A DNA stretch of 64,000 bases from Ophelia neglecta (taxonomy: Eukaryota), in contig OZ260667.1 in assembly GCA_965285935.1 (NCBI GenBank), positions 33,666,001 through 33,730,000 of the forward strand, read 5' to 3'. A program made the translations under genes and the position numbers. Shown here in pieces: positions 38,649 to 52,572 of the stretch (positions are counted from its first letter, which is position 1; every line of letters starts with the position of its first letter). Under the pieces are notes generated by a model, which did not search any database, was not told the DNA's origin, and worked only from the letters and a program-made list of their open reading frames with translations.

Positions 38649-41600
38649 CTAATTTACTCTGTCTTTGTATATTTTTGCTTGAATGCTTGTACCCTTGATC
38701 CTAAATCCCGTTGTACATTCCCTGCAGCCGTGTAGGCAAGCCACCGCAAACGTTGCCAAATTATTTTATTGTTTACATACCAAACGAGCTGTTCATGACG
38801 ACCAAAGTCTGTTGTTGAACATTCCGTGATTTGCACAAACAGATTTCTCTACCCAAATCATGATAATCGATGAATACTAACAGTTCTGGAAGGAGACATT
38901 GTCTTGGCAATCCACCTACATCGCCAGTGTGAGTTTATCACATCTGTAGCAATGTTTATTATAATAACCCTCATCATTCCATTCTATATTTGTAGCTTTA
39001 CTGCGATCATTGATCATCGTTTCCTCCATACAGTTAGCAACATCCAAGGTGCCTACGAGAAGTGCCAGGGAGTCCCTTCACGTGGATCTGTGCCGTGTTG
39101 AGGCCAAACTGTTGGGAGTCTTTGGAGACAAATCCATCCCATATTTGACTTGCTGATTCTTGTCTGCACCATATTGTTTGGCCAGATCATCTCTAACATT
39201 TGGCATGCTGCCAGCGATTTTCCGTTTTCGCGGAATAATCGATGGTGCCGTATTGTTCTTGGGCCGGTTCAGATTTGGCCATATAATTCCTCAATTTAAG
39301 CACGGGCAGATCAATACTGGAGCCAACGTGGGAAAACACGGGCAAGATAATCTACCCATTATAAGTAGGCATTAGGCGCGACTCTCAGACAGTCAATACC
39401 CACGCTTCTACCATCTCGTTCTGTCGTCTTTACTTCATCTAGGACTTCGCCTTAATTATCATTATATCATCATTATGATCTCAACTAATGCAATAATCTA
39501 ATGATATATAATCGCTCTAGTCGTGGTTGACTGTAGAAGCCACTGTACTCGTCTGCAATACCTCTATGTAAGGTGACTTTTTACTTTGTCTCTCGCTCTG
39601 TGTTATTCGCGATGTGCCCCGCATCATGTATGCAACGCAAAAGAGTATTATGCAAACTGGATTCTAAACTTGATTTGACCTGTGAAGGTTGGAGGGAGAT
39701 TGTGTCCTGGTATTGGTTCCCATGTGTGGATTGTTGTTTTTGTTTACATTTGTTTCAGTTTGTTTACAGGCCCATTTGGATCCCTTACTAAGAATGGTGA
39801 GGGTCCCTGCATCGGGGGCCCAGAAGATGAATTATACTTGAAAGTACTGCCCCATTTATATGGTGGCTGCAGATTTGAGAAATGTCCCCATGGTATCTTA
39901 ACAAAATTCACTGCCTTCGTGAAACATGTTCTTATTTATCGAATTGTTTCGGCATGCATTAGGTAATCTGTAAACTGTTTTGGGAAGGCGGCTGCCAACA
40001 GGATGGTGATACTAAGAAATAAAAATTGTACAAAATGAAATAAGTTAATGACCAATCCCCATTAAAATGCCCACAGGGTTTTTAATATTACTTATTTTAC
40101 CCACCAGATGGCGTTAGTAATAGGATTTTGCCTGTTTGCCATTGACATGTGGACGGTTATATAATTTCAAAAAGCCACATTTATTGCCAGAGTCGTGGGG
40201 TGTAAGGCTGTGATCGATGTCGAGAGGAAGCTGGGGAAAGACTAGAATGGGTTCTGTCAGAACGTTTTAACAAACCAACTAAGGCTGTCAGATATCACGT
40301 GCATCTGGCCGCACCCTAGTCTGACGCTGTGACAGTACCTTCAATCATAGTCGTAATTCAGACTCTTGTTGAACATAGTTTGACTGTTTTTTGCCCCGAA
40401 TCATGTGGAGTGGCATGTTTTATACCGAGTTCCTTGTACTTTCCACCTTTTTATAAACATTCTTCGTGAATTGGCCACTAAATGGTGCCATTTATCACGT
40501 GGTTTTCTCGGATACGGTTGCTATGGATATTGATCGAGCTCCAAAGATATCGCCTGGAAGATCTCGTCTGCTAGCGGCGTCTGATGGGGAATTGTCAAGG
40601 TCACCTTCTCCTTACCCCGCGTGCGACTGAAGCCAACCGAAGCCAATACAAATTGATATGGTTCCCAACGGAAACATTGGGCAAAGATTTCATTCTTTCT
40701 CATTCGGCCGCCATTCATTTACCTTTACTTGGAATCGATTCTCTGTCTCAGCATCTCTTAAATTGTAGCTCCCATTTCTTGAGGAAGTAGCCACTTTATC
40801 GGTTCACTCGCCTTTCAGGGCGCTATTTCTGCCCGGGGTTCTAGCCACAAATATCGAAATCATTCACTGGGATTGTCTTTAACCTAGAAACTTGCGAAAT
40901 ATTATTAAATGAAATATCACACTGAATCAATCCCCAGACGCCCTTTTGAAATGTCCTATTATTTTTTAATGATTTCTTTACTATACTTATTTGAAAGAAC
41001 CATCGAAATTCATTTCCGGTTCATCATCGTATCGGCTAGAATGGCTTTCTTGTACGAACAAAGAATAAGTCTGTAGACACGGATTACGGCTTCGACATGT
41101 GTGCATCGATAGTACATGCCAACAGTCGTCCTGCAGGTTCACTATTACATACCCTGGGGTGTAAAACAAAATACTTATTTACATAGACCGCATCACATCA
41201 TATGTCTACTAAGGGCATAATGAGATTTGGCGGAGTTTTACTTTTTCTAACTGGCTTTGTTCATCTCTCGGTCGAAACCTCGTGGTCTTAAAACCAAATT
41301 GTTAACGTCATTAAACTTTAATTATAGATTTCCGAGTACATAGAGACTTAGCCAAGCGTGGTGCGCCGTTGCCAAAATCATCAGTTATTAACCAACCAAT
41401 TATAAACATGTATTTTTGTCTACCCACCAAAGCAGTATTCGTCAACAAAGGAGTACATTTTATGATTATATTTAATTCCAAAATGTATCACTCTTTTTAA
41501 CAACTGAACAATGCCAGTTTTTTTTCTATGGGCATGATTAACCACGGAGTAAAGCTTTCGTGGCGTTCCACAAAGTCGTTATTGATTTGTAATTGTGTTG

Positions 41601-44108
41601 TGTGTGTTTTCCATGCAGTTTGCTTGTGATATTTTCCGATAGTTAAGCTGTTAATGCGGTCGAGTCTGCGCATTGATGTTCCGACCTGCCCTACCATGGC
41701 AGAACATCGGCGAGCCGAAGAGAAAACCTTGTAGATATAATACAGGCTATTGCCCTGTCGCCACACTACGGCCTCCCCAATCACTACCTGACCCAGTCAT
41801 CGACTATGCTGCTACTTCGATTATTTTTGCAACAACACCACTGTTTGTTTACCCACCAGGAACTTCGATTTCCACACCATCTCCACGGGCCTTCGAGTTT
41901 GTTTCATATCCCAAAACTCATTTTACTTGTTGGGTTTATGTAAACTTTAGTGCATGCGTTTACGGTCAATATTTCGACGACACCAGAAAATTGTTGTTCC
42001 AGAGCGATGAAAGAACGCCCAAATTGATTATGCACTGTATAAAGAAATTACAACGGCTTATGTCCCTGATATTTAAATATCATATCATCAATCAGTTTTT
42101 GTCTATCGGAAATTGTCCTCGTTGGCATAGCAGTTGCACACCTTTTTGTTATGAAAAAATACAAGTAAATTATAAAAAATATGATAGCCCAATTTTATCA
42201 TTGTATTGGCCTGTTGTTTCGACCCGTAAAGCCTTTCTCCCCGCCAGGCCTATTGGTGTAACTCGTCTTTCCAAATAGAGAAAAGGCGACCATAAAATAA
42301 TCATTATTTCAAATTTCCAGGCATAGTGAGAAAACTTGATTTTCTCCCGGTTCAACCAAACACAAATGAGTTATATGCACATAGAGTATATACAATTTGT
42401 TTTTATCGAATAAATGTGAATGATATTAATTTGATTTGCAATTGCGTATTTTACCTTGACACGAAGTTGAAATCTTGTTAACATTTTAAAGTTAAGTATA
42501 TTAGTCTGTTGTCATATGTTTATGGTGGTGTCTTGGTTTGTTTTTGTTAAGACACGCTTTGTGATGGTCATTGTTATGCACTGAATCCTGCAGCTGACGT
42601 GGGTCGCGAACACGCCACTTCTATGTCGTCTTGTTGGTTGATTTCCTGACCCATCTATACCCATTACCCCCTCGCCACCCTCACTTAAAATGATATGATA
42701 CAAGTGCATATCTTCATTTCTACCTCTGGCTTGCGGCAGGCTCTTTCGAGATCCTCATTATCAGTCCTTACAGGGAGATTACTTCAAAGCCATGCTTTCC
42801 TATTGATGGCATACTTGTTTTCAAGATTAAGGCAACCACACAAAAGGAGGGCTTATCTATATATGACACACACAAAAAAGTCCAGCTGTCGATAAAGGAA
42901 TGGTCAAAGAAAACAGGATTATAGGACTATTTCGGTCGTCATTTTGTCGATTGTCCTTTGTTGTTGTTGAAATGTGATGCAGCGGAGCTCGGCTGGGTCT
43001 CGCCTCAACCTTTCCACGTGCTTTTCAGTGCACCGTGTGCGTGTCTTTGACTGGGGCACGTTTGGTCAGTATTGAAACCCTATAATAAGTACAAATATGT
43101 TGATATTCAAGTTAAATTGTATTCTTGTTTTTTTTTCGGCATAGGGAAATCTTCATCGTTTATTGTTAGCGTGCCAATGGAATTGTGGCGCGAAGAACTG
43201 ATCGCTATAATACATTATTTGTTCTAAATATGTACATATGTTATATCGAGCTCCCTTATGAAAGCGAGTGATATGTTATACCCGGGGACTGTGATTGTTT
43301 TATAACTTGAAAAAAATATACAATAATGTACATGTCACGAATGTGAGTAGACACGTCTTCTACTCGAGGAATTAATTATTAACAGACTGCTCCTTAATTA
43401 ATCCCTATAAATGCTCTATTAATGCTTTGGTAAAAATAAAGTGCACCTTCTAAGTAATTATTATTGCTCTAATTAATGATGCTTAATTGGAACAGATTTT
43501 TGCTTGAGTATTTCCTCATAATATACCTTCACCTGCCTATGTAAATACACGATTCACGGCCTAGCCTATCAACCTGTACGTATACTTACATTTTACAAAA
43601 CATTTTCTTTTTTGCAAGTTTATTAAATGCATTATTGTTAATTCAGTTACAAACTTGTTGTCTTCTTGCACTAAGAAGCATACTGAATGGCAAACATAAT
43701 TTAAATAAATAAATATTGTCTAAATAAATAGTATCGGCTCTCATGTCATTTGTTCAATTTCCAACCGAATTTCTTGATAAATGCTGTGCCTGGTGCTGCC
43801 ACCATCAAAGCTTTTGTAATTGAAATTCAATTGCTAGTTTTGCAATCACTCTGTAGTCGTCGTTCCAACCATATTGAAGTGGCCTTTTGATTGAAAGCTA
43901 TGCTACGTGACACATTGGCATTGTCAAAGAATGAATTTTTAGGCCAAGGACAATTCAATACTAATAAAGTAATATATATTTAACCTCACTTATGACAAGT
44001 GTTCTAATTGCTTTTTAAAGAAAATCTGATTACGTTGCTTTCCAAAGTATACAAAGACAACAGAAGACACCAAAGGATTTGTGAGAACAAATAAATTTAT
44101 TTAGTGTA

Positions 44109-44288
44109 CAGTGAAACCTGCCTTAAAGACCACCTCTATAATCATAAACCACCTGTCAATTCAGACCACTAATATGAAGACCATATCATACACTTTTAGT
44201 GTAAAACATCCTGTGTAAACAGACCACCTCTATAATCAGACCGGTATTCCTAAGTCCCTTGGGTGGTCTTAAATCACTGGTTTCACTG
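44109..44288. mobile_element. Tc1/mariner-pogo(Tigger)-type MITE, 180 bp, with TA target-site duplication
   Basis: TA|CAGTGAAACCTGCCTTAAAGACCACC ... GGTGGTCTTAAATCACTGGTTTCACTG|TA. There is a 10-bp perfect terminal IR plus an inner AAGACCACC match, and an internal direct repeat AGACCACCTCTATAATCA at about 44127 and 44221. Confidence 0.88.
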
Positions 44289-47200
44289 TATATAAATAGT
44301 TACAATCTCAAGTCTTCCAACACATAAGCAATGAATTGCTATCCAAACCAATTCACTAATTTTTACCACTAGTCCCTTGGAAAATAAAATAAATCACTAA
44401 TGTTACATTACAAACCGTGGATAGATTGATATGCTCAAAACGAGGCATTGAGGCGGTCACGCATACTACTACAGGTTTGATAGGTCTGCTTGCGTGTGCA
44501 CTTTTTACACATTGCCTACTAATTTCAAAACTCAAGCTCTCAATTAATTCCGCGATGCGAGTTCTTCGTTCACGATGAATTACAACGTGTCTTTGACCTA
44601 GGCCTATGATATTTTTGTATGCATCTCTGGTGAACAAGACCACATAGAAATGAAACATAAAAAATGAGTGGTGTTTCTGGCGTTGTTTGTCTCCTATCGG
44701 CGCCTGCAGACGGCTCACTTTACACGTTTAATGTCTTCATTACGGTCATCTCGATTCCCTGACGTGCAGCAACTAATTTCTGGCACTAATTATCGTGGGC
44801 TGTGTTGCTCAATTTTGGAATGGCTGTTATTTCACAGTTCATGACAGGGAGCCATTGGATAGCGGCGAAAGATGCTATACCCTTGATGACTGCTCTTATA
44901 TTACGATTCAAGCATATATTTTGACATGCGAACAACTCATGTTGTTTGGCCGCACTTGGTCTGATTACACCGGAAGCACACAAATACCATAATATTGTTG
45001 CGCAACAATGCCACTTGACTATAGGCCCTGGTCCAAGTTGCGCGATTAATAAAGGTTCACACTTAGGTCGACTAGGCACCCGAAAACCCCAGGCATTGCT
45101 TATCATCAGGTATATAGGTCAGTCTCGTGCTCCGAGATGTGAATTATCAGAGTAAACAAGCACAATACATGATACCTAATAGTAAATATTGTATTAAAAC
45201 ATGCTTTCTTTTTACCTAATGGGGCAGTGATACTTGCATAATAGGAAGCAGTCTGGCATTGGTACGATGGAAAACATCGACCCCTCCGCATAGACATATA
45301 AGCTGACTAGAGACAGGACTCGCCCTTGTGCCGACTGCCTATAAGTGAATAAAAGTAATGTAATCTCCATCTATGACGACCAGATGAAAATCTGTGAACC
45401 GTGGATATCCAGCGGCAATAAAACATGAAAATGACTCCGCTATCTGCGTATTTTGACTGGTCAATCATTGACCCGCTTACCCGTCGGCCAAAACACGGCT
45501 TTGGTTTCACCCTGGATTACACCATCCTGGTTCCCTTCACCCATCAATGTCCCGCGTGTATGACTTTTCATTCCGTAGCCAGAAAACCAGGAAAAAACAT
45601 TAGAGAATATCGGTCAACCCAGATTGAATTCGGCTGTCAAAATCTGCCGATTTATGATGTCAGGACCACTGGAAGCAGGTCCGTGTCGATAAACGCAGAA
45701 CCGTCTCGTCCGCTATATAGCTTTTGTGATATGGTAAATAAAATCGAAAATATTGATCGGACATTCACCGGCCGTGTCCCGACTCAGCTATGTTTATATT
45801 GGCCAGTATTATTTCTCGAATTATAGGCCTATATATTGTTGGGGAACAAACTAGGTACGATTTGTCATGAAGACATCGCATGGTTTTATTTTGATTTGTA
45901 GTGCTACTTACGAGATAATTCTGAAAATTCTTTGTTGCAAAATAGGAAAGTCAATTAACTGTACATGTTGGTAAAATAGTCCATCCCTTCCTTCTGACAG
46001 TCCTTGCATCGCATAGCATCAATTGTAGTTAAAACGAAATAACGGGCAATTTCTTCTTAGTGCAATGGCCAATTACTGGACATGTTTTTTTTTTAAGTAG
46101 AAAGATAGTCTTGGAAAGTCCTCCTTGCCCAGAAACGCATTCAGAAACAATAGGAATTCTTAACTATCACTTAAAAATGAAGAATTATATTGACATGTAA
46201 GAGATGCCTTACTACAGTAATGCGTTGTCCCTTTTACTAAATTTACCTTGCACTCTCTTTGGCCTATAGCAAAGCCCAATAAACCCGCGGCAAATTTGGT
46301 TAAGTTCCATTTTCGAGCCATGCTTATGATTGCCACTTGCGGGGACGCATATACGGGCTTGTTCTGAAAGGAGTGCTCGGTTTGTGTCAAGTGGGAGCCT
46401 TTTACGTGTCTGGCTCTTGCTGAAAACACAGATGTTGAAAGATTCTAACCGTGCAGGCCATATAGCCTGATAAAGTTGCGCAAAAAAAGACCAGGCTGCC
46501 ATTGGGGACTTGAGGCATAAGCAACCGAACCTGAATATCGTCGAGGCATATTGCCAACAACTACACTCGTTATTGAATAATCAACATGGGTTCTATTGAA
46601 ATTGTTTTGACCATCAATCACGGAAGTAATAAATCGTATTGTTTACCCCCGGATTTACACGGTATCCGTCGCGCTATTGTTACATCAAAAATACCGCTAA
46701 TGTAGGTCCTCGTGCCCGGTTCTTGGCAATGGACCGATTTGTTATTGTTTAGAAAGGCTTCTAAAATAAATTTAAAAGAAACTTCAGGAGCTCTTATCAC
46801 CCTCTCGCTTCAAGTGACTCTGTATGTTTGTATTTTTATGTGAATAATAGCCGCAGTTGTAATGTTTAAGTGTCTTTTATCATTTAGTAGTCACATTACG
46901 TTTTAAAAACGCGGGATTTAGGCTTCCTATATAATCAAACAAATTACGCTGCATTTACTGTACTGTACGAACACTTTTTTGGATCCTTCAGGACGAGTAA
47001 GCCATTATTCATAAAGCTTTTAAACGATATGGAAAGATCTCGTTCGCACGATACTTTCATTATCAATTTGTGTAACACGTGTGGGTTTGATCAACAGTCC
47101 GGGGCATCAAGGCATGTACCAAACACTGTGCACAATGAAAGTGGGCTGCAATTAAGATGGACAAGGTGATCATTCATGTTGCTCTATATTCCTGAATCCT

Positions 47201-47689
47201 CGGTCTCCGTTTATCGGTAGTGCTTGCCTCTAAGGGGCGCATTGCCCGGATGATCAATCTAAAGGATCTCAACGCAAATCCAAACTCGCGCTGCAGCCGC
47301 CAATACGAATATATTATTTATTACCCTTTACACACGCCTATAACATTCCTGGCATATGATGAACCTGGCTTGCAGGATTTTAGGGCATGACAATATTCTT
47401 TAGCATATAAATGTATTTTAGGCATTACATCAAATAATTTTATCTGACATAATATCATATTTTCAGAATGTCATGATAACTGCACATGAATTAGTTACAA
47501 TAAATAGTTAATGGCATATAGGCCTATCCTCATTGTTATATTCAAAATAGCCCATTTTGGATTTCAAAAAAAAATCCTTTGAAAACAGGTTTTTGCTCTG
47601 GATTGAACTCCCTTGTGAATTGCCGGAGAAAGAGCACTTTGTATTAATTTTAACTATTTTAAGGGTAGTCGATAAATGTGCCTTAATGT

Positions 47690-47935
47690 CAACTTAATTC
47701 TACATGTAACCAACTTGTCTACAGGCTAATATGTTTGTGTAATATTAAGGGCTTAGCATTGAATTAGTTATCTTATTGTTTTATTTTATTTTTGGCGACT
47801 TTTGTGTAATTATAATTTTTGTACTTTCAAAGATCAATTATTTTGACCATATTTGCATATCTGGACCCCCATGAAAAAGAGCATAGCTGATAGGGCTTTC
47901 CAGTATAAAGATGTTTTAATAAACACTTTAAAAAA
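47690..47935 (+). mobile_element. Possible 3' tail of an L2/CR1-group LINE or SINE
   Basis: T-rich tract, then GGACCCCCATGAAAAAGAGC...AATAAA and an A-run, resembling from memory L2/Crack-type 3' ends. No RT coding remnant seen. Confidence 0.3.
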
Positions 47936-50728
47936 AGAAGTCTTAAACAAAACTTTATGTTATTTACTGCTAGTGCCCTCGCTATAACAGCGTTCATTTG
48001 ACCCGAAGTTTGGTGAAGGAAAAGTTTGCTGAGTGATCATGAAAAATCTAGGTCAATCAGATCAGACAGGTCAAAGTCTGCGCCTTTAAATGGCAGAGAG
48101 GGTCTGAATCAAATGTATTCACTCGCCTGAAAGAGAGTAACGCCGTTTAGAATTTACCAACGCGATATCATTGAATCATATTAAAACCTGAGGTCGGCCG
48201 TGATCGACAACTGTGAGGGTATAAGTTAAGAATCGTGCTAAGAATGCCGATTGAATGGTAATGGGGGCAGATTCGTTTGGCCGGTTAATTATATAAGCAG
48301 TCTCACACCCTATTAATCCTGTGATCTGCCCTTTGTGTGGTCAGTGCTGTGGCTAATATTACCTCCATAATAGAGAAGTTCATTTCTGTGGTTCCCGGCT
48401 ACCACCTTGTCTACAATCGATGACAGAGCACTCGGAACCGGAAGTAAGCCGGCACGATGAATACTCAGAACCTTGGGGTTTATGGCGACCTTAGCACACT
48501 CTAGCCTAGTTCATTAAGTTAGTCAAATTAAACCCTGGTATGAATGGCAATAGGCATAAGCCATACCAGACAGGAGACAATTCAGGTATGGTTTCATACC
48601 GGGTGAGCGGCAGGCTTATATTATGTAATAGTACTCTTGTTTGAATTCAGAAAAAGAGACCACAAAGCATGCTGGAAAAAATATCTCTCATCGAGCTCCA
48701 TGACAAGTTTGCGTCATTCCTTGATAAGCTTGAGCCCTCCATAATCCACATGTCTTGCAAAGCCTTGGAAAAACAGTTATGAAATAATCCAAATGATGGC
48801 GGAGATTGATAGCACTTACGTGCTGTATATAAAATGATCGGTAACAATATTGGAAATGGTTATGGAGAAGGCCACCCCTCAAACAACTCCTAAAAAGCTC
48901 ATTAATCATAGTACAGTTAAAGGTCGCTTTCTGCATTGCTCCAATCTTCATGTTTCCTTCCTACGCGACGAAAATAGAAACTCTGATCGAGTGAAATGTA
49001 TCTTTTCCTTATAGTGGGCTGTTTTCTTTCCTTGGTTCAAGGCCAACCTGCTGATTATGATCTCCTCGCCGGCTTTGATATGACATTGTGTGTTTAAAAC
49101 TTAGATGCTGTTTTGGCAAAACCGTGACTGTACACGGGCTCAAGTTCGAAACTAACGACGGTTCAGGGTTAAGTAAGTGTTTTTGAAAATTAATTTGATT
49201 TTTTCTAACCCGGGCAACACCTAGCCGGCTCCGAGTGTAATCTAATCTATTGAAATGCACATTGGCTATATTGAACATAATATATAGTTTTATAAAGCTC
49301 GGCGAGAAATACTTGAATTAGACATTTTAACTAATATTAGAATAGTGTATATGTATGGCACATCATTGCATGCTGGTTACCTATGTCTTAAAGACTATAT
49401 AGGTCAATTTAAATGGGTCAAAATATTAAAAAAATTAATTGATTAAATTGAAAATACAATGATAATATGACGGATTATACTGCCACGATAAGTATGAATT
49501 GTCGGAATCTCAAAACCAATCTTAACACAAATATCTCAACAAAATATTGACACAGCGTACATGTATACATAGTGTATTCACAAATAGATAGCAATACCTT
49601 ATACGCATAATAATATATTCATACATAAATCGTCATGACACTGCATCTACCATCCCACATATATATGAAAATAATAGTGTAAAATTAAAATCGCTAGGAA
49701 ATCACTGCGTTTTTGTTAAACGTCATAAATTCCCTAAAAAAAAGACGATAGCCAAGTCAGCTAGGTTGCAAAATATATGTTCCCTCAATACCAGATTGTG
49801 ACATGGGGAATGCAACGCTCAAATATACCCCTGCTGTGTTCTTAATGAATATGAACCATCCGATAAGATGACAAAATGTGTTCTAGCGTATTTACTTAGG
49901 ACCGATGACCTCTACTTCAATGACATCAACCGTTCACCACCGGAAGGCAAGTTTCATGTTTCAAATCAACGAGCGTTTGTCAACCAACCACCATGCTAAT
50001 GTTAGTGCGCCTGTTTACCGCTGTAAGCCAACCAATTGGGAGGGAAACATGAAATAAAACCGTGTTAATTTCACTAGAATACGTTCAATGCGAGAAATTA
50101 TCATGCTAAGGGCAATGCGAGCAACGGCGGGGTCGACCTTAAAGCGAGCATTAACCAGACGACAATGGAAGCACGACACCACTAATTCGTGCAGCACGAC
50201 CCCACCACAGGTGGTTGCTTTGACTGAGGCATGGCAGTTTTGCTCTTGACTCCACAGAAGAACAATATTGCAAACATATAAAATTTGCTGCAAGAGCAAT
50301 AGGAATTATTTAAGAGATGCTAATTAAAAAAAAGCGGCTGTCTCATTTGGTCGGAAGCAGACTTGCTACCCTTAACGTGTCCGTGGTAATATCCTTTAGT
50401 AAGTGACACTTTTCATAACCCTTTCAAGCTCTAGAAAGGGCCCATGACACGTGTTGACAGTCAGAATATAACCCACGGGAAAACATTGCATGCTCTTAAT
50501 TCTGTACAATGAATTTAGCCATCTTATTTGTTTTGTCCCTTGTTTAATGACAAAAGGCTTTTTGTCTGGCGCTGGTTATGGTAGCCAATTAAGTCCTACC
50601 TAGCAACAGAAGAAAACCCCGGTTTATATTGTCGGAAATTCATAGGTCTTGGGTTTCACCCTCGAGTGAGACCGCGACATTTGTTGCTCGCGCATGATGG
50701 ATGGGGACATCCGGGTTTTGTCATCACA

Positions 50729-50871
50729 GTCACGTGATGAATACAGCAGCCGTATCTTTTAGGTATGACTTCCTGCGCACGGGGCTATAAACTACAGGGA
50801 AAGCGAGCTTCCTGGGGCGGTAATTGCTGTCATTTTAGGCGCATTTCTGACTCCGAGGACAACAGGTGAAT
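50729..50871 (+). promoter_or_regulatory. Candidate Pol II promoter and short non-coding first exon
   Basis: E-box GTCACGTGAT (50729), ETS ACTTCCT (50768), CTATAAA (50785), GC box GGGGCGG (50814), Inr-like TCATTT (50830), donor-like CAG|gtgaat (50866). Confidence 0.3.
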
Positions 50872-52361
50872 ATACACCGTCTTCGTAAGACATTTATATG
50901 TATAGATAAATCATCTGTGCCAAGGCACAAATGAAGCAATTTGAGACAAACAGACTGCAATACACCTCATGCATTCATTCTGAGTCATATTATAATTCCG
51001 GTGGATGGTACTACGGTGGTGGGGTATGTGGGTGTGTGTATCTGTTGGGGGGGGGGGGGGGGATCTAACATGCGTGACCGATTCCCTCAAATAATCTTAC
51101 CTCGCCTCTAGTTCCACTTTACTTCTGAACAACGTCACACCCCTTTGCTTACACTTTCTCGGAAATTTTAAAAGATAGTCAGTTAGTTAAACACACTCTG
51201 AACACTTTGCATGTGCACCTTGTGTGCAGCAAACATTTTTCTTTTTTATTGCACAAGGTACCTACGGGTAAGACTGATTGGATTCGAACTAGGTATTCTC
51301 ACGTTACCGAAGCATGGCAATTTGACTCTGCTATTTCGGTTCACGGAGTAAATAGGCATTTATTGTTGTTCAATATTATGGCCAATTGTAAAATAAGATA
51401 ATGTTATGACACACAGGTTTGGCTATTGTGTCTTTGTTGTATATTATGGAATATTTTGCCTTGATATACTATAGTCTAGATGTGTTTAGGAAAGCAGAAT
51501 CGGTTGGAAACAATTCCCAATATGGTGTGATTACCGTGTTACCACACAATATCAGCTATGAAGTAGACTTATTGATATGGTGTAAGTTTTGACAGGGCCA
51601 ATATTCTGTAAAACGATCACCACACATGCAGCGGTAAAAGTCGACATTTCTCTGACAAAATTGTGCTAATTTGACAGGAGTTGGGCGCAAAAAATAATAT
51701 TTGTAGGCAAAAGGGACAAATAACGATGGCAGTTGGGTGATTTGTTCTTTGTGGGTATTCAACAAAACAAGATGCTTGTCCGCGACTTGTATTATATTGT
51801 ATCCGAGTATTTTAAAAATGATCGAAAATTCTCCATTGAGGTACTCACTGTAACACTGAGCGCACCAAACTTACACGGGGGTGCCCTCCGCTTAACTTAC
51901 TTATTAAATATAGGTTTAGGGTTATTTAGAAGGATGTAACTATCAAAATAAACCATGATTATTGTTACTTCGAAAAATAAATTCAATGGCGTGTTTGGAT
52001 CAAGTTACTATCTTATAGGTTCTTCTGGACAAATCACCCCGATGATGAAAGTTGCTATGGCTCATTGGAATATTTATTTCCGACCTCGGGCTCTGAACTT
52101 GTTGTCTTAACGCGCGACAAACGGCATTTGTTGTGATACCCCAAGACTAGCGTTTCATTGTGTAAAGAAGAAGAAGGAAAAACATTAGAAAAACAAACCG
52201 GAGGGGTAACCAGTAATATTTAAACATCATGTTCCAGGCCAATATTGAGAAAGCTAATAGATCTCATTATGCATTGAAGCATGGGCCTAAATATATCATG
52301 AGCTAAGGTGACAATCGTCTTTATTTCTCTCACTTCACAAAGCTCTGTGATGAAGAGCCGC

Positions 52362-52572
52362 GGAGCAGAGGTCAGGCGCGGAAGGGAGCAGAGGTCAGGC
52401 GCGGGAGGGACAGAGGTCAGGCGCGGGAGGGAGCAGAGGTCAGGCGCGGGAGGGAGCAGAGGTCAGGCGCGGGAGGGAGCAGAGGTCAGGCGCGGGAGGG
52501 AGCAGAGGTCAGGCGCGGGAGGGAGCAGAGGTCAGGCGCGGGAGGGAGCAGAGGTCAGGCGCGGGAGGGAGC
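52362..52572. repeat. G-rich 23-bp minisatellite, ~9 copies
   Basis: Tandem unit GGAGCAGAGGTCAGGCGCGGGAG, with one 22-bp variant. Confidence 0.97.

Noticed and set aside
39078-39290. 70-codon minus-strand open frame (..PRKRKIAGSMPNVRDDLAKQYG..)
   Set aside because: No compatible acceptor, no recognisable homology, and a length attainable by chance.
41673-42278. 201-aa ORF (and similar 100-150 aa ORFs at 12647, 14448, 31468, 45425 and 60659)
   Set aside because: Mostly non-ATG starts, no motifs, intron-like composition and no convincing splice sites.
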